Positions 60,804 through 64,000 of a stretch of 64,000 nucleotides of DNA are shown one piece after another. Positions within the stretch are counted from its first letter, which is position 1; every line of letters begins with the position of its first letter. Both the position numbers and the translations under genes were made by a program. A model generated the notes under the pieces. That model ran no database searches. It worked only from the letters and a program-made list of their open reading frames with translations, and was not told where the DNA came from. This DNA is from Thalia democratica (taxonomy: Eukaryota): positions 23,436,001 through 23,500,000 of the forward strand of contig OZ241828.1 of assembly GCA_965202585.1 (NCBI GenBank), written 5' to 3'.

Positions 60804-63712
60804 ATGAGAAAATTACTTCTCATCCTTTCGCTGGTGCTGTTCACTATTGGCTGCAATGCGGATCCTGACTCAACATGGACTGCGAGGATGAACGAAACTT
60901 GGGCGAGGCAAACACATGCCCGACAAAACTTACGTAGGGCTGTGGACAGGATATCGGAAAAAGATTGGAATTGGTTTTATAATTGGAGAGCTGAATACGT
61001 TCGGCAGAAGATTGAAAGTTACGAGAATCTCGTCAATTTTATGGATCTTGACGAGATACCAAGTAAGTTAATTATCTTAACATTGTTTTTCTTAGTATGA
61101 CATTGTTAGCAGTGCGTTGCGTTAATGTTGTTGAAATAGGTTGTTTGAAAGTACGTAGTGTGTCAATTGTTATTGACTTTTAGGGAAGTTTTTAATGAGA
61201 ACTGTGGCAATGACTTTCCCACTAAAAAGACTTTCTTTTTCAACAGACCGAAAGAGAGCGGGATCGTGCGACCAGTACCTCCACTTTTACAAAAGAGGGG
61301 AAACACCCGAAAGCGGAATGAAGATGATCTACAAGCCTGACGGGAGGGAGGGAAGAGTTGCGTACTGTTACGTCACACAAGGATACGACAACTACGGACT
61401 TGTAAACGACCAGCATTCTGTAGGTTATGGAGGACTGATCCAATCGGACGGCACTTTCAACACGCAATCGCATCCCTGGTCGGCGGAGGCGCGGGACTGC
61501 ACCGACGTGAGAAATTTTGTGACCAACAGGGTCTTCAACAACATGCTGGTGTGGGACCCTTTCAAAGTTCAGTACGACAACTTGACCGAGTCCGCGTACA
61601 CCCGGGGAGCGTATCACGTTTCTTTCGACGAAAAAGACGCGCGAGTTCAGTGCGACGCCGATGAAAACATGGTTTGTGACGTCATAGTTGTTCTTTAAGC
61701 TTTGTATATAGTATGACGGTTCAGTTTGTATTAATTGATAGTTGGTGTGCGCTCAAAGATCTGTTACAAACTTTTCTCTCCATAAAGACTCTATTTGGAT
61801 GTGTTTGAAAACAAAAGCGTTTAAAAACTGCTTACAGACACTGTATAGAAATTTAAATATAAAATACAAAAAATATAAAATAAAATAAATATTATATAAA
61901 ATTTTAACACAATTAAATATAAAATTTAATATAAATTAAAATTAAAAAAAGATATAAAATATTTTTCACAAACAGCTGGTGATGCGCAAGAAAACGGGAA
62001 GGTACAGGTTCAACAGGAGACTCGGGGATTGGGAAAGTGGGTTCGGTTCGCTGACCGACGATTACTTCCTCGGTGCGTGTGACAAGTTACCTTTGTTTCA
62101 AATGCTCTTCACAAACAGAGCTTGATGTTTCTATGAACTACTAGTTAAAAAAAATAACAAATAATAGTATGGAATTAAATGAATACTACAAATGAATAAA
62201 CTAACAACTAAGCATGTGGAACTAACTTAGTTTTTTTTTCTATTTTTGTTAAAACGTGTTTGATGCCAAAAACAGCTTTGCCGTTTAAGTTATTAACTTT
62301 TCACAGAACCACCTTACCAGGTTTTTGAACTTTTTTAAATATACTACTTTAATATAACTTTTTTATTTTTTAAATTTAACAAATCTAAATAAAAAACCTG
62401 CATGAATAGTAAATATATTTGAACCTTGTATCTATTATATTTGTGTACTTAAAAACTAAAGCTTAATTTAGCCACCCTCTAACAGAATACTTTGTTTTGT
62501 ATAGGATTGAGAAAACTTCACCAGTTGACTATGAGAGACGGAGGCCAGCATGAGTACAATCTTAAAATCACAATGAACGCAAGATGGGTTGTTAATGGCG
62601 AACGGCAGGTGACAAGGGATAATGTAGCGAAAACCAAGTCTATTTACTACAAGTAAATGAACTTTATTTTATCAAAAGGCCTCACTGAGTCTAGAAGCTA
62701 TTTACAAAACTTACCTGCATTTTTGAGCTTTTTATGTTGAAATAACATTATCGGCTTGTGTATATATAGTAGTTTTTAAATATTCACCTTTCTTATAGTT
62801 ACAATAATAAAAAAATTTTACAGAGGTATTAAGTTTGGACCTGCCCCAGAATATACTCTCACATACAAAAGTGTCGAAAATCCGTTTAAAATTGGTTAGT
62901 GTTTGAAATTATAAGTAATTATAAAGTTATTATTAAAAAACTGCACAACCAAACTATACTTACGAATATACTTCATCATACTTTGTCTTATTTCGCTTTA
63001 GCTCAGGTTTGAGTAACCATCCTGTTAAATAAGTCTAACATAAGAGTTTAAAACTGTTCATTTATGACATTGAAAATACAATTTTCCTCACAAACTACAC
63101 CTTCACAACAGACATTTATTTTTACAGCGTGTTTTTTTCACAGACGACGCTTTTGCGCGGTACAAGACGAACGGGCAGCCCTTCTCCCACTTCGAGCTGA
63201 ACTTGAGCAGGGATTCCGACGGCAACCGGGCCAGGCACAACTGCGCTGCGGAAATGAACAGTAACTGGTGGCACAACGGTAACAAGTCAGTCGCAAGTTT
63301 TATCCGCGTTGAAACGGCTCCCCGCAACTTTGAGCTACTTTTCAAAAGCTGAAAACAGCACTTGAATAATACGGTTTAAAAAACTTGAGCAGCAAAATAA
63401 TATCAACTATAATTAAATTTTATAACTACTTGCTGCGAAACCCAACTTATTGTACAAGGTTTTCAAAAGATTTAATTAATTTTTAGATTTAGATTTAATT
63501 AAATAGTAAAGTTTAATTTTTCTCAACTTGAACACAGCTGCATGAGATACCGCCCTCTCACGAACGATCCCGGCAAGGGAAGAGGTTCCGCCGAGTGGGT
63601 GGCCGGCCAGCCGATCATTTGGAGCGAAGTGCGCATCGGGCGCGTGAGGAAGCCGACCGCGTGGGACGAATACCTCATTCCTGCCCAAAAACTGTATTCT
63701 GTGTTTTTGTAA
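60804..63712 (+). CDS. Secreted fibrinogen-related domain (FReD) protein, divergent, 7 exons, 438 aa
   Basis: Exons 60804-61062, 61247-61671, 61976-62072, 62505-62652, 62824-62894, 63144-63285, 63538-63712 join in frame (1317 nt). Signal peptide; ARDCTDV; FNRRLGDWESGFGSLTDDYFLGLRKLHQLT (FReD 'F.R.W..Y..GFG.....WLG...LH.LT'); NGQPFS...RDSDGN..HNCA....NWWHNGNNC. The exon 2 and exon 6 donors were chosen because they keep the frame. Confidence 0.85.
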
Positions 63713-64000
63713 ATATTCATAGTTCAACTACGTTGTCTACTTTCCTCGTGTTTCATATGTTACGTTTAATCTAATAAAAAAGTATACTGAGTAAAAAGAG
63801 TGTTGTGCTTTTACTTTTTACTGCATGCAATTTTATTCTACGAAATAAAAAAAAATATCGCAAAAAAATAAATGATACAGATCTAAATTATAAACTGTCA
63901 TTGCTTTAAAATAAATAACACCCTGTGTACCTAATAGCTGCGAATAGTTTAACTTAGTTTTGCTCCTTGTTGACATTAAATTTATATTCAAGTTTGATAA

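Noticed and set aside
61240-61617. 125-aa antisense ORF (also 63103-63345, 63476-63727 and 63523-63720)
   Set aside because: These are shadow ORFs of GC-rich FReD exons; the sense frames join into a coherent protein.
61672-61698. Reading the 61195-61698 ORF as a complete gene ending VCDVIVVL*
   Set aside because: The donor ATG|gtttgt (a type also used in P4HA) joins in phase to downstream FReD exons, so the tail is intronic.
63277-63285. Donor at AAC G|gtaaca for FReD exon 6
   Set aside because: It gives an immediate stop in the last exon; the donor AA|gtcagt 8 nt later restores NNCMRY and the conserved Cys.
1-64000. CRISPR arrays, rRNA, intact tRNA genes, autonomous transposases, non-canonical introns
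   Set aside because: None was seen. The repeats are MITEs or degenerate tandem units, and all 23 introns in the four intact gene models are GT-AG.

Overview
Very AT-rich eukaryotic (invertebrate metazoan, possibly tunicate-like; an inference, not proven) genomic DNA with GT-AG introns. Four intact multi-exon genes were assembled by hand in frame: DCTN3 (dynactin subunit 3, minus, 5 exons, 189 aa), a prolyl 4-hydroxylase alpha subunit (minus, 13 coding exons, 534 aa), SARAF/TMEM66 (plus, 2 coding exons, 315 aa) and a divergent secreted fibrinogen-related-domain gene (plus, 7 exons, 438 aa). There is also a truncated, still-open SARAF duplicate covering only the luminal domain, many hAT-like and TTAA-flanked MITEs, a LINE 3' remnant, a duplicated non-coding block and a roughly 26 kb stretch (34.6-60.8 kb) with no intact gene found. 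The most striking pattern is that introns of three of the intact genes and of the SARAF duplicate contain short decayed copies ('echoes') of the adjacent exon ends and splice sites, at least a dozen clear cases. These include three serial copies of the catalytic HxD exon of the prolyl hydroxylase and one copy resembling a spliced exon-exon junction. All coordinates and alignments were read by eye; no database searches were run.
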